Shown here piece by piece: positions 1 through 14,100 of a DNA stretch of 64,000 nt. The DNA lies in NCBI RefSeq assembly GCF_009834535.1, contig NC_045696.1, forward strand, positions 62,312,001-62,376,000. The letters are read 5' to 3'. The translations under genes and the position numbers were made by a program. The notes beneath the pieces are model-generated. The model saw nothing but the letters and a program-made list of their open reading frames with translations. It was not told the DNA's origin and searched no databases. Each line of letters begins with the position of its first letter. Within the stretch, counting starts at the first letter, position 1. Source of the DNA: Camelus ferus. Taxonomy: Eukaryota.

Positions 1-1609
1 CAGGATGAGAGCCCGTGGCCAGTGGATATAAAACTCCTGGAAATTCTGCTTCTTGAACCCTGGGGCAGGCTCAAGAGTAGCCGGAAGGGCACGGACTGGA
101 GCTATCATCTCCTTAGTGTAGCAATCGGGCCTGACACCCTCAGTGGAGTCAAGATACAAAGGAGGGATGTTGAATGAGGGATTAAGGATTAAAATAGGTC
201 TAGGGGGCTGTTCTAGCCCAAGGAGCAAAACCAAGTGAGAAAAAAATATACCTCGATTGACAGCATATTCCAACAAATTCCAAGGAGAGGGGGCATGGGG
301 GTTGGGGACCTTTACCATCAGCAGCTCCTTTTGCAAACCTGAGGTGACTCACTAACTGGAATGGGGTGGGGACAGGAGAACTACATGATGGCAACTTGGT
401 TAGTGCGTTACATTTTACAAAGCATGGTCACAACAAACATACCACTGAATGGGACAGCAGTCCCAGGAAGCAGTGTCATCATCACACTGCACCTATTTTA
501 CAGATGGTAAAACTGAGACAGGTACTAGCACTTGCTGCAGTGGTGTTCCTCAAAGCCAGGGCAGAGGACCCTTGGTTATGCACAAGCTGAATCAGTGCTA
601 CTAAACACCTGAAGTAAGACATATTGACTTCAACAGGCATGCAACTGTTGCACAGAGCCTTTAAAAATACAACTAAAGCCATCAAAACTGTGATTTCAAG
701 GAAACTTGCTTAGAAGGAGGCTATGTTTTAAAAGCAAGTTTATTTAAAGTTTGTTTAAATAAAGTATTAAATAAATAATATGATGTATGATACTTGGTTT
801 TGATTTTTTAAAAGTGAAGGTAGGAAACCAAGTACTGATGGTGATGATGATGACAGCAACCCGCTTTATAACACTTACTATGTGCCAAAAGCTTTACACA
901 TGCTCAATCATGTATTATCATGACAGCTCTGTGGAGTTGAACCTCACAATTATTAGCCTCATTTTACACAGAGGCCAGGGGGAGACCCTGGAAGGCACAG
1001 GGTGGAGGACTGCATCTAGGCAGTCAGACCGCAGAGCACAGTTCACCATGCGGCTATGAGAGCACCTGGCTGGGAGCACAGCTGCAGGGGCTTTGAGACA
1101 GCCTCTGGGCTGGGGAGGGGGTCAATGTGCCCTCCTTGCTTCCAAGGCAGAACTGTAAGAGACCGAATCTCATGACAGCGTTACTTCCCGCTGCAAATGA
1201 GGACAAGCCAGTGACAAAAGACCAGCTCCAGAAGGGTGTTTTTTGCACCAGGCAGTGGTTCTGTTGCACAGTTGATGTGAGGGCCTGGGGCAGAATCCTG
1301 GCTAACTCAATTTCAGGCTGGCTTTCCTGCCTGCCTGCTAAACTCTTTCAGATGATTTTGGCCGGATCTGAGAGGCTTTGACAGACAGGTTGTCTTTGCG
1401 TTAGAGGAGAGGAGGGACATCTGGAAAATGCCTGGAGAGAAGAAAGGAGAGATGGTCTGAGTTCAAAGGCTCGCAGGACCAGCGTGGACCAGGAGAGGAA
1501 AGCAGAGGCTGATAGGTCCTAGGAATCCCTCGGCAGAAAGCATAAAAAACAGTTGTGCTTCTTACTTTCACACAGTGGTTAAAAATTTTCCAGCACATCC
1601 TCCAGGTCA

Positions 1610-1830
1610 GCATGGTGTTTAAGAGCAAGAGCTATGGAATCTCAGAGCCACTTCTCATTAGCCAAGTGGCCTTGCCTCTGGCGGTTCCACCTCTCTGGGC
1701 CTCAGTCTCTCCACCTGTAAAATGGGAACATTAAAAGTGCTTCTCCTGGAGGGTACTGTGAAGATTAAGTGAGATAGTCTGAGCAGAGTCAAGTGCTCAA
1801 CCCTGTAGTTGTTACTGTTATTATTATTAT
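1610..1830 (+). mobile_element. MIR SINE (representative; others near 480, 860-1040, 4260, 7180-7500, 8370-8590, 12350, 14130, 21140, 36300-36660, 56870-57080)
   Basis: Core gggcctcagtctctccacctgtaaaatggg...gtgaagattaagtgagat. Confidence 0.8.
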
Positions 1831-2139
1831 CCCTTGGGATGAGGTGCAGGCTCACAACATCTCTGATGAGACTTGACTCAGATTTTAAGTCCAGGATGAT
1901 CTACCAAAGCAAAGAAAAATTTTTTAAATTCTCATTTTGATGTAGTCAATGCCCCAAGATAATAAAAAAGGAGGCACATGGGCAAGTGTACTGATTTAGT
2001 GGGACGTTTTAGCCCAAAGTAAGACATCAAGTGGCCAGAAAAGCGATCCAAAGTTGAATTCATGGTCTCTCCCTCAAAACCTACTCTTGCCTAGCCCATG
2101 CCTCACAGCAGGAGCTCCAGCCACCCTGCTTTCTTTAAC

Positions 2140-2535
2140 TTCTGGGAGATTCATTCTGCCTCAGAATCCTTGCCCACGCTGTTCCCTCTGCCTAGAATGC
2201 CCTTCCTTCTTTCCTCTCTCCCTCCTTCCCTTCCTTCCCCTACCTCTGGCTAACTCTTGCCCTTCTTTCATATCTTAACTCAAACGTCACCTTTCCAGGG
2301 AAGCACCCTAGACCAGATCAGGTACCCTACTAAAACGTTCAAGGGTTTGGTGAGCTTTTCCTTCATAGTATTTATCACAGATGGTAATAAGATATCGTAT
2401 GGTTCTCTGATTAATGCCTGTGTCCCACACTATACTCTAAGCTCCAGGAGGATAGGGTTATCCTGTCTCTCAGCACCCAGCATGGTCACTGGCACACAGA
2501 AGATGCCAGTAAATATTTATTGATTGACTGGATGA
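2140..2535 (+). mobile_element. L2 LINE 3' fragment (similar pieces at ~23880-24600, ~28400-28875, ~33330-33586, ~46560-47260)
   Basis: gctgttccctctgcctagaatgcc...ggcacacagaagatgccagtaaatatttattgattga. Confidence 0.7.
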
Positions 2536-3699
2536 AGGAGAAAAAGTACTGGAGAAAAAGGTGCAATCCTAGTAGGTGGTTTTGGAGATCAAATGCCCTT
2601 CTTCTGGGGAAGTGGAGCAGACTAGGGAGACACCGGTTAGGGTATTTACGTATGAGTGGGGGCAGGGGACAAGGATTGGCCTGGAATCAGGGACCAGAGC
2701 TAGCAGCTGCACTAGCTGTGTGTGAAACATGAGTGTAGCAGTATAAGGAATAAACAAGAGTGGAGCAAAGGAGGTGATTCCTGGTAGGACCCTTCTCAGG
2801 TGGGATGCACACAGGATTTGAAACTTGTCCACAAGTCTAGGAAATGCTATTACTGGTACCAGCCGCAGCAAAGATCACCAACATTTCGCTGGGTGTAGAG
2901 GCTTTCAGGTTGCTGCATCCGCAGGTGAGCAGAGAATTCATTATTTTGTGGGATGTACAGCATCTAAATCCCCTCTTTAGTTCTGGGGAAGCCCCATGGC
3001 ATGAGTCTTTCGGGGAGGCAGCCAGCTTTGTTTCTTCTACCTGTTTTCCAGGGCTTATTCTCTAGCCTTCCTGGAGAGTCTCCATGCTTCCCAATATCCC
3101 TGAATAAATTCCTTTTCTGCTTAAGTCAGCCAGAATTAGTTTCTGTTGTTTTCAGCCAAGAACCATAACTGGTATAGTCTGGGGCCAGTGACATGTGGCT
3201 TCTCTGTGTAGCCAAGCATGTGGCTGCCAGCCACGCAGACACCCCAGGAGGGGGCAGGACTGCTTTGGCAGCCTGGAAGTTAAGGCCTCCTGAGGAACAG
3301 GGAAGAAAGTTGGCTATTCTGAGCCAGCGACAGCCTTTGGTTAGAGTCAGGGTTCCCACAACTCTGGGTAGAGGCCACATCAGAGGAATCATCCTATTCT
3401 TAGGATATGGGGTGGGTCACCTAACATACCCCAGACTGGTGGCCTGGGAAACACTCTGATAGGTGGAGGCCCAGTGAACCCACAGTTGGCTCCTGGCCTC
3501 TTGGGAATGCAAACTCCCGCGCTTCTGGGCCTTCCTGCATTCTGGTAATCTATTCAAGATATTTTCCACTTTGAGGACTCTGAGTCCACTCTAAAGAACA
3601 ACACCAGAGGAAATAAGCAGAGAGTCAGAGTGCACTTACCACACTTCCTGATGCCTCAAATAATAGGATGTCAGAGTAGGAAAGGCCCTTGTGAACTAT

Positions 3700-3890
3700 C
3701 TAGTCTTGTGGTCTCAGAGGTCAGTGGGCCTCAGAATCAACCAGAATCACCAGGTTAACAGTGTGAGTTCCCACAGATTTCTTCAACCCCATAGCTGACC
3801 CATGAGGCCTAGGGTGGAGCCCCAAGATCTGGGTTTTGTACAAACTTTCCCAGGCGATTCTAACATGAGTTGTTCAAGAATACTGATCTT
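3700..3890. mobile_element. MER5A-like hAT fragment between MIR pieces
   Basis: cagaatcacc...ctagggtggagcccc...caggcgattcta motifs. Confidence 0.5.
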
Positions 3891-6419
3891 GGACCTTCAT
3901 CCCATTTTACAGAGGAAGAAAGTGAGACTCAAAATGAAATGTCCTCCTACCAAGTCCCCACAGGGAATCAGCTGTTGACCTGGACACCAAGCCCAGGCCT
4001 CCTGACTCCCACTCCCCTGGGCTGGCTGGGGCTAGGACAGGTCATGGATAGTGTTTCTTTCTCAAGTTGTTTGCCTGATTTTGATCCCCTAACAGGGCCC
4101 TCCCTTTTCTGATTTTAGGAGGGCAGCTTGTCATGGGAAAGTGCTAAAATTCAGGATGGTCATCTTGTCTTTGCCAGAGAGGCTGCTATGGCCTTAGCTG
4201 AGGACGAAACCCACGGGCAAAGCCAGGAACTGATACAGCAAGGTGTTTGGTAGCAGGTCCAGTTTGTAGTTCTGGGTCTTCCAATGCCCTATGTGACCTT
4301 GGACAAGTCAGTCCCCTCTCTGAGTCTCTGTTTTGTCCAGTTTATAAAATGAAGATAAATCTGCTATCTGCTATCTACACTGCCTACCTCATGGACCTCT
4401 GGTGTGACTGTGCTTTGTAAACTCCCAAGTGCTGCCCCAAGCAGGAGGGATTACGGACACTGAAGATGTGACAAGAATACTGATTTCCACTCAGGGTCCC
4501 TTGAGGACGTGCTGGGCCCATCTTGGAAACAGCAGAGGAAGCTAAGAAGCTGCCAGCAGTGCTTGGGGGAGACTCTCAGAGTCTTATGGGCTGGCTGGCA
4601 GGGAGAGCCCTTCTGCTCACAAAGCACTCCTGCATCGGGGGATTTGCCATGGCCCAGGACACCCCCCACTTCTAGATGCCTGTGTGTTGGGGGTAGGGGA
4701 GTCACTGGATCAGGGCCTGATACAACCAGGACCCTCTGTCCGTCTCCTAAAGAGTCATGGCTCAGGAACCCTAGTAAGTGTTCAGAAGACCCTTGGGGTA
4801 TCAGGGGAGTCACACCCCACCCTTTCATGCCATAGCCTGTTTTGGCTGTTAGAACAGGTTCCAGAGGGTGGATTAGCTCACTCTGAATATATTTTTCCTT
4901 CTCACCATATCACACCTCTCCGAACCATTTCTCCAGCTGGCAGGAGTCCCAGTTAACCTTAAGTTCTCAGGATGCCGGGATTCTTACAATGTTCAGCCAA
5001 AAACCTGCTTTGTCACCTTGCTCAACCCCTTCACCTCTTTGAGCCTGTTTTCTCATCTGTATATGGAGAACATAAGCCCTGTCCCTCCTCCATCAGAGGT
5101 CCGCTGTGTCAAATGAGAACACCGTTGAGGGAGGGTTTTGTTGTCATAACCTTGTAGGAGAAGACAGAGGAGGCCTGGACAGGGAGGGAGTTGGGGTGGG
5201 CATAGAAATGACTGACCTTCAGCTCCAGGAGGCAGAAAAGCTCTGCAGAATGACTTCATTCCTGTCTCTACTTGGGGCTGTCTCAGGGCAGCAGGTCCTT
5301 TGTTTTACAATGCCTCTCATTCGCCAGTGCTGAGGCTCAGCCTGGCCACTAAGAGGAGAAGGCATCTCAGACTCAGGGGCCTTGTGGTGTTGAAGCCTAA
5401 AGGAAAGCTTTCAGTCAGAGACTTAAGCAGACAGAGGTGTGAGGTCATCTAGGCTGGCGCTTTCCAAACTTTTTTTTTTTTTTTTTAAAGCAGAACACTT
5501 CACAAGATCTTAAAGCAAACCCCTTACCAGTTACTTCTGAAGAATCACTGACTCTGCATCACTGATTTACTGTGCAGATGAGGGAAACAAACTCAAAGCA
5601 GGGAGGGAATGGTGGCCAAAGCCAAACAATAAACCAGTGGTTAAAACATATTTTAGAAACCATCTGGAAATCAAGTCTCTAACCCTCAGCACAGGTGTCT
5701 CCAGTTCAGGAAGACATCAAAGAGAAACAGAAAGTTTCCTTCATTTCAAGCCATTTACACACCCCAGTGGAGGAGTCCCAGAAAGGGGGTGTAGGGTAGT
5801 AAATGGGGGAATGTATTGACACTGCAGTAATAAACAAATCTTACTGGAGAGCAGGGAACTCACCATCTCCTTTGAAAATGAGAATGTTTCGCAGGATGTT
5901 TCTGAGGCACTGAGCCCCTTGCTGACATAAAGCAGAAGCAGGCCCGGCAACTTCAGACAAAGGGAAATTCCTTCCAGCTGCCTTAGCTCTGTCTTCCATT
6001 GCTCCCCAGAGCACTGGGAGCCAGGCTTTGCTCCAGGCCACCATGAGACTGACTCACCTGCAGAAGGGCCCCAGGTGTCTCCCGCAATGGTCACAGGGTA
6101 CTTGCAGGAGTCATCAGCCAAAGAGTGACTTTTTGGTGTAGCTTTGGGGAGCTGACAGCCTAGGGGTGGGGAGTGGACAGAGTCAGACACGCCAATCGCC
6201 AATCGCTGCACCATGTAGATGTGGGGCAGGTGCTCGAATGGAGGCACAGTCCACACGGGAGGAGAGGACCGGTAGGGACTGAAGACCAGGCACACTGCTG
6301 GCTTTATGGCTAGGAAGTTTACGAAGACTCAAAAAAAAAAAAAAAAAAGTTTACGAAGACTAGACCGAGGTCTCAGGTCGCTCGTATGGAGCTGGGGCAG
6401 GGGGTTCACACAGCAGAGA

Positions 6420-6720
6420 AGGGCCGAATAGACCCCAGCTGCCCGGCCAGGAGGCAGGGAAGGGGCGGGATCTGGATGACGCAAGAGGAGCCCAGATGAG
6501 CGGCAGGGCGCCAGGGGCCAGCGCGGCGGGGCCACCCGGCCGCCCCGCCTCCTGCTCCGGCCGAGTCTGAGCGCCGCCCCCGTCGCCTGGGGATCCGAAC
6601 TGCTGAACCGACGCCGGGGAGGCTGGGGGGCGGGGGACCGCGGCGGGAGCGCACCGCCAGCCTGGACTGACCGCAGGACGTCGCCGCCTCCATTCCTCTG
6701 TTCTACGGGGTGGGTGTCGC
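6420..6720. promoter_or_regulatory. Small orphan CpG island downstream of BDH1
   Basis: Very GC- and CpG-rich; GC box GGGGCGGG 6462-6469; TGACGCAA (CRE/CEBP-like) 6477-6484; further GC boxes near 6542 and 6627. Confidence 0.7.
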
Positions 6721-7654
6721 CATTAGTTAAAGCAGAGATACTTTCTGAAAGGAGCTGAGGTCAAGCAAAAGGCCCCCCGGACCCCAGCTCTCCTAGTGGG
6801 GAGATTTTACTCACCTGGAAAACAGGCGATTCTAGGTCAGTTAATCACCGCGCAGGGGAACACGCAGACAGGTTCTGATCAAGCCCTTAATCCCAGTGTC
6901 AGCTGGCAGACGGCAGGGTGCCATGCCTACTAAACCCCAGTGACTCCTGGCCTTGACTCAGAAATTTCCAAGGGGAGGGGCCCTTAGAGACTAGCGCTCT
7001 AGAGTTTCATGGCTTTCACGCTGTTCTAGATCGGAGGCACAGCCTCCAGGGTAGTGCACTGGAGGCCGAGGGGTGAGAGATGAGGCCCCATCTCGCCCCC
7101 TCTTTCATCTTTACTGCATTGAGACTCTGCATGAGACTTATTTAAAGGAGAGACGGTAACTAAACACAAGTTCTAGGTCCTTTTTCAAGCCTATTGTTCT
7201 CCCATTTTTACTTTATAGTGCATGACCTTGGGCAACTTAAAAACCTCTGTCTCAAGTTCTTCATCTGTAAAACCAGAATAGTTAGTATAGGACTACCTCC
7301 TTAATAGGGTTGTTGTAAGGATTAAGCAAATTAAAGCATGTAGTGTTCTTAGAACATGTTGTGCCTGAGTCACAGTAAAAAACATGTTAGAGGTCTTTAT
7401 ATTATCATTACTTCTATTTTAAAATGAGGAGAGTGAAGCCCAGAATGGAGAAAGGACTTGCCCAGGTGACAAGGGAACTTGGTAGTAGAGCAGGGAGTAA
7501 TACCAAGTTTTCCTGGCTGTCTAGATGGAGTCCTTTATGTCTTAGACATTGAGGTTTATGTGCCATAGAAAACTTCGAAGATTAAACAAAGGCCCAAAAG
7601 AAGAGGCCACACTGTATAAAGGTTCTCTGGCACAACCTCTGTGACCCTCAGGAA

Positions 7655-7750
7655 GCAGAGGAGGAGGGAGAGTGCAGAGAAAAGGAGGGAGAAGAGAGGA
7701 GGAGGAAGAGAGAAAGGCAGGGAGAGGAGGAGGAGGTGGAAGAGAAGGAG
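7655..7750 (+). repeat. GA-rich low-complexity purine tract
   Basis: Read directly (ggaggagggagag...agagaaggag). Confidence 0.8.
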
Positions 7751-7781
7751 TCTGGAACCCTTTTAGCCACTAAACAGAAGA

Positions 7782-8121
7782 TGTCTTAGCTCGGGCTGCT
7801 GTAGCAAGATACCATAGACAACAGAAATTTATTTCTCACACTTCTGGACGCTGGGAAGTCCAAGATCGAGGTGCCAGCTTGGTCAAGTGAGGGCCATCTT
7901 CCTGGTTCATAGCTTGTGCCTCTCTCTGTGTCTTCACGTGGTGGAAGGGGCTAAGGAGCCCTCTGGAGCCTCTTTTATAATGACACTAATCCCATTCCTG
8001 AGGACTCCACCATGATGACTTAAGCACCTTCCAAAGTCCCCACCTTCCAATACCATCATCTTTGGGGCCTAGGATGCCAGCATATGTATTTGGGGGTCAA
8101 ACAAACACTCAGATCATAGCA
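7782..8121 (-). mobile_element. MaLR solo LTR (MLT1A/MST-like)
   Basis: tgtcttag...aacagaaatttatttctcaca...gggaagtccaagatcgaggtgccag...catagca; TG..CA ends; 5-bp flanks gaaga/gatga. Confidence 0.8.
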
Positions 8122-11100
8122 GATGATCATACTGGGGATGCTCTTGAGGGGACATTTTCATTAGTTGGAGGAACTAGGCCTCAAAAATACTTAAAGTCTA
8201 AGAAATTTGTTTGAAGAATAAGGACTACAGTTTGGGTTGCCCAGCGTCTCAGCCTGGTTTATGATCACTTTTAGTGCAGTCACAGCCTCCTGAATCTCTC
8301 CTCTCAATCTAAGCTGAGCCCAGCTTGGCAAGGTCCCTCCTTGCAGCTTGAGAACAGTCAGGACTTGGCCTAGCAGTTAAAGAGAATCTGGATTTAAATC
8401 CTGTCACTTTCTGACTGACTGGGCAAGTACTTAAACTTAAGCCTTAGTTTAATCATCTATAAAATTGGGATTATAAATCTTGCCTCATAGTATCATCAGG
8501 AGGATCAAATGGGATAACACATATAAAGTTCTCAACCCAGAGCCTGGCATGTAGGAAGTGCTCAAAAAATGCTCTTGACTGTTATTATCAAATGTGGCTT
8601 CCTGCCCCCATGTGTGTGCAATGGCTTCCTCATCTTCTGTCTAGCTGTGGCCTACATAAATTAGGATTTAGTTTACCTACGAAGAAATAATCCCAAACTA
8701 GTGGTAATGCAGAAAAGACAGAAGTTTATTTCTTCTCACATAAAATCTGGATGGGTGGTCAAGGGTGGATATATTCCTATAGAAGGGGAGAATGGATATC
8801 AGAGACCAGTAGCAGGCTCTGCCCAAGCCCCTGGCTTGTCCAGGCCAGCTGGGTAGCTGGGAGCCAGATCCCTGAGGACTGAAAAACAGGGATGGGAGCA
8901 TGCTGCTTCTCCTCAGCTATCCCCAGTGCCTCTGTCTGCAACAGAGATGTGGACCTGAAACTCAGGCTTCCTGCCATGGGTCAGAGAAAGTCCTATCCTT
9001 CACAGGCCTCAATTCTAAAGGCCAGAAGAAAACTGGAGAGGCAGCTGACTGCCCTCTCCTGGCCAAGGAGAGGACACTGAGCAAAACAGGGTTCAGGGTG
9101 GCAGAGTGACACAGCAAGCAGGTGGGCTTGGCACAACTTAATGGAATCGCCCGGGCAGGATGTACACCTGAAAACTGTGGGGAGGCTGGGCCACCAACTA
9201 GTGCCACAATCCAAATGCCAAAATTGACAGACAGATCTGCTATGGGAGCTTCCACCTTTCTTTTCCTGATAATGGCAACACTCCAGCAGGCCACCAGGCC
9301 TCTGCCAGGGCTCAAGGAATACCTGTCCTCCCCACTAGCCTTTACTTCATCCCACAAAGGTTTTTGGAAAGGGAGGAAAGTCCACCAGCATCTCCCTACC
9401 CTGGTGCTTCTAAAACAAGCCCCTAGACCCTTTCTGCTTCAGGAGTTTCCCTGCAAGTAGCAACAAAGGAACAGGAAACCCAAAGTCACAGATGCCCTGG
9501 CTCTCCCCTTATGTGTGCAGTGGAGGAGCACAGACTAGGAGCGGAACACCCAGCTTTTAGCTACGGATGTGCCACTAACTCAGGGTGTGATGTCCCCTCT
9601 TCTTTCACTATCCCACTCCTGACTGTATCTTGGAATCACTTCTTAGACATGAGGTTCCTGGGCTCTCCCTCAGACTCACTGGCTCTGTTTTTTAACTAGT
9701 TCCCCAAGAGATGCACATGCAGGTAATTTGGGAACCAAGAGGCTGGATGACCTCGAGGTCCAGCTTGGAGTGATCTGGTTCAGATGGCTCTGAGGATCTG
9801 GGCTGTCTGAACACTGCCCTCTGAGATCTCACACCCCCTCCTTTTACTCCCAAGGGCTGGGATTCTTCAAGCCTCCGCAAATTATTGCACTTTCTCTTCA
9901 AGAATTCTGTCCTTCCCAGATGCTGGGCCAGTCCCATGTTGTTCCCTTCAGTATGATTCTCTTGCCAAGTGCCCTCCCTCCCACTTCTTCCTGTCAAATC
10001 CTCTTCACTCATCAAGTCTCCACTGAATTCCCACCTCCTTTTAGGGAGCATCTGTAATCTGCCCAATCCAAATTCTCTTCTGCCTCTCCTGGGCTCCCAC
10101 AAACAGTTGGATATCCGCTGCAGTATAGGATGTCCCAAATGATAGCTCCTCTAGCTTGGTGCACAGCCCAACTGCCCCTCATGACTGGGGACCCCTAGGG
10201 GCTGGGTATGAAATCTTACTGCAGATCCCCTGAAGCCTGATTATAGACAGCACTTAACCCTCAGAGCTTGGATACCAAAGGAGAAAAGACAGAGAGGAAG
10301 CTGGTCCTGCTAAGACATGACTGAGAGGGGAAAGGAAGAGCCCAAATACATACAGCCAAAGTTGGGAGGAATTGGTCCATTCTCCCATCATCCTCCCCAA
10401 AGCCAAATGAATGGGTTGATCCCCTGGACGGTTTCAAGGGTTTGTACTGCAGAAAATACCTCTTCCTTTGCCTTCCCAACATTTGCTCTTACTTTTTCTG
10501 CTGCAGGAAAACAAGAGCTTCCTTGAAAGTATCTTTCTAGTGTCTGTTGCATTCTTTTGTTGTACGTTTAACTTCACAGAAAGTCAACCCCCAAAGTTGA
10601 AAACTCCAAGGTTACATTCCTTGAGGTGGTGTCCACCCCTCCATATCCGTGCTCAGCCTGAGCATCTGCTCTGCTTCTACCTTCAGCCTCTGGAACAGGT
10701 GCCTGGCCCCTCATGGCACAGAGCCCCTGTCTGGTCGTTCTGCAAGTGGTCTCAGCACAGTTTGCTTGGCCACTTTATTTGGTGGGCATCTGGGCATGGC
10801 CCAGCAGTGTCTTTCCAGGGACGCTCACTTTTTATTTTTTCTTTGAGACAGCCAGGGGACTCCGCAAGTAGGGAAAGACCTCTGCCCACTCATGCTCCTT
10901 AACGTCTGCCGTCGACCTGGGGGCTGAGGAGATGAAGGGAAGAAGACAATTTAGGTGGTGTGTAGATTGAGAATGACTGTATTTATTCATTTCCAGTAGA
11001 ACAAAGCATTTCACTTTCTCCCTAAATCATGGTATCTGTCACCCTGTGTTAAAGTTCCCTAGAAGGGCAGTGGGCTGCCTGCCATTGGACACCCTGTGCC

Positions 11101-14100
11101 CAGTACAGCACCTGGTGCAGAGGAGAGACTCAACTAACAAAGGGGGCAGAGGGAGATGGGGAAGATGCTATTAAGCACAGAGGTCCCAGTGCACCTCTGA
11201 ATGTGGGAACACTAAGGGCACTTGTTCTATCCTCAGCAATTGCTCCTCCATTCCCATCAAATCTCCAGAAACCACACCATGCCTTCTGCCAGTTTCTTCC
11301 ATTGGAAGAAGTCTGTCAGTTCTGCCAGACTGCAGGGAAGTCTGTGGTGCCCTCCATAATGTCACACCTCTCACCCATCCCTAGTGGCCTGCTGCTCGTT
11401 ACCCATTTCCCTGGAGGTGCTCTTGAGTCTCTATAACGTGTGCGTCTTCTCATCCAGCACCATATTCTTTCCTTGTCTCTTAAGGCACATCCCATACTAC
11501 TTTGTATACCTTGTATATTATGAGCCAAAACCTTTGGCCAGAACACAACATAAGTAGAAGAGAGAGGCCCCAGCAGAGTAAACAACCCAGTAATGGAATG
11601 AAGATGGCCCGGCAGAGTGCTCGCTGGCTGAGAGCAGGCCCAGCTGGGTGGAGGCTGGGAGACGAGAGTGCCAGGCGCAGTCCTGAAGTCTGTCAAGCCC
11701 GCTCCACAGTCTGAGAGCAGAGCTTAGCAGCACTGAGACCCTGGGAACAGTGGGTACTTCCTCCTGAAACCCCGGTGGCTACAGCTGAAGCTGAGAAGAG
11801 CAATCAGCCCACTGCTATTTCTGAAGCCGCCCAGTGTGGTTACTCAGTGAGCTGTTGTAATTAAGCTCATCTATAATTTGATAAGTGGAAGCAGCCTCAC
11901 ATTTTATAGAGTAATTAAGTCTCACTGAGAGAGCAGCACAAGGCATTTCTGGGCTCCAGCATCTCCTGAAGCGGGTCCCCATTCATACTCTCTCTCCTTC
12001 AACGCATGCCCGTCGGAGCTGAGGTCAGGATGGTCCTCAGCCATGGCTCTGGGAATACTTCCTGGCCCTGCGCTCTTCACCTCAGGCCATCAGAGCCCAG
12101 GCCAGTGGCAGATCCAGACACAACGGACACACCTGCAGTGAGATGCATGAAAGGCTCAACTTCCCTTTCCCTGCAACTATCTGCAAAACTGTGGGCTGGG
12201 AGAAAGTTGAGTTTAATGCTCCGCACCCATCACTCCTTCACAGGCTACATGGCCAGCCTCTGACTGAATGGTCCAACCCAGCTCCAGGGCTCTGATGGAG
12301 AGACTAAGTCATCCTCAGGGTAAAAGAAGGGGCCCTAGGGATAGAAGCCAGGCCTGGGTATTCTGTCTTGGCTCACCCACTTCCAGGCTCCGTGATCTCG
12401 GGCAAATCACTCCACCTCCCTGAAGCTCAATTTCCCTATCTGTAAAATGGGAGTAGTAGCCCTTCCTAATTCATAAGCTGTTTATAAGGATCAGATGAGA
12501 GATGATTCGGGAGCACCCTTGGTTGTGAGGGGACATACGCATGTCGGCATCTCACCAAATGTGTTAAAACTGGTCTCAAAGTTCTTGCTGCTTGAAGGAA
12601 CTTAGGTGGCCATTCAGCCTGGTGTGTGTCATCAAGACTGAGAGATGGAATAACCACAGCTGAAAGCTTCTGTTCAGAAAGTGAGGAGTATGGAAATCTT
12701 ATCAATTGAGGAACCTGGGCTCTTGAATCTGACTTGGCTGTTTCCAAAGGTCCCATGTTCTGTACAGTTCCGGGTCAGAGCCAAGTGTCAACGGCATTAT
12801 GTCAGAGGTGGTATATTTCAGCTGTCTTTGGATAGATTTTCCCTAACCAAGGAAATGCTGTCTTTGGAAGTAAGGAGATCCTTGTTACTGGAGGGCTCCA
12901 AGGCCTGGCCAGCTGCCTGGAGGCTGGGAGTCACACTTGATGACGGTTGAGTCCCTTTTCCTACTCCGAGGTTGTGGGGTTCCTGGCAGCCTCTCCCAGC
13001 CCTAATCTCAGGCCCTGGTCCTTGGTTCCTGCCCAGCAGGTGCTCACCCTACACCTCTGAAGCCACAAACCTCACAAACCACCTTCCTTAGTGCCTACAC
13101 ACACCAGGAAGGCCTCAGATGCTCCGGGTTGGCTTGCTCACTTGTTTGGTCTGCAGCAGAGCCCCACGGCCCTCCTCACTTAACATCCTTATCCTAGGAT
13201 TCTCAAGCTTCATGCTTATATAATCCTTAAGCCCTTTGAGAGCAGCTCCAGAATCTGTCTCTCTCTGCCCAAGGTTTGGGTTTTGGTGTTCCTAGAGAAT
13301 GCCCTTAGAAACGCCCCAGATGGGGCAGTGTTCGCCCAGGCCAGGCGGACTTCCTCCTAGAGGGACGCCGATGGGCTCCTTTGTCACAACCCCTCCCAGG
13401 GAGCCATGCCCAGGGCCCCGGGGAGGGAAGGAGGAGATGGGGAGAGGAGATGACTCCTGGGGCAGCACTCTGTAGTTGCACTGTGCATATGCCTTCAGAT
13501 CTTTCTCACTGTTACATCACTGAGGTATTTTGTTTTCCCCTCCTTATTTTAGATCCTGGTGCCATCTGCCCTGCTTTTCATGCATCACTAGCTCCAGGTT
13601 GGAGGTTAGATTTGACTTGGCCGCCCTGTTCAATCCCTCACTTGGTGAGAGACTTGGGATAATCTGTTTCCTTGTGTGAGATGAGATAATAACCCCACCC
13701 TGCCCACCTCCCAAAGCTGCTGTGAGAACCAGGGAGCACAGTCTCTGAGCTGGCCCAGAACCGCATGGATGAGCCTGGTGACGATCTGGCAGCCTGAGCC
13801 TGCTGCTACCCAAGCCGAGGGAGCCTCTGCTTGCTCACATCTGCACCTGCAGCCGGAGAACTTGGCACAACTTTGCAGGGCCAGGCCCTGTTTAAAATAC
13901 AGGAAGTGAGCAGGCCTGACAGTGGGAGCAAGGGGCAGCCTTCCAGACCCCCTCGAGAAGGATCAGCTCTCTGCCAACAGACAGCCAGTGAGGGTCTAGG
14001 TGCCAGGTGACCCTGACAAACCCATCTGGTTCCCAGGGCTCTTGGGGCCACAGAGTGAAGTGGTGGTGAACAGCACAGCTCAGGAGACTTTCGTGCTGGC

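Noticed and set aside
5741..6295. 184-aa minus-strand ORF near the orphan CpG island
   Set aside because: Non-ATG start, no recognisable protein similarity, and it reads through consensus splice donors.
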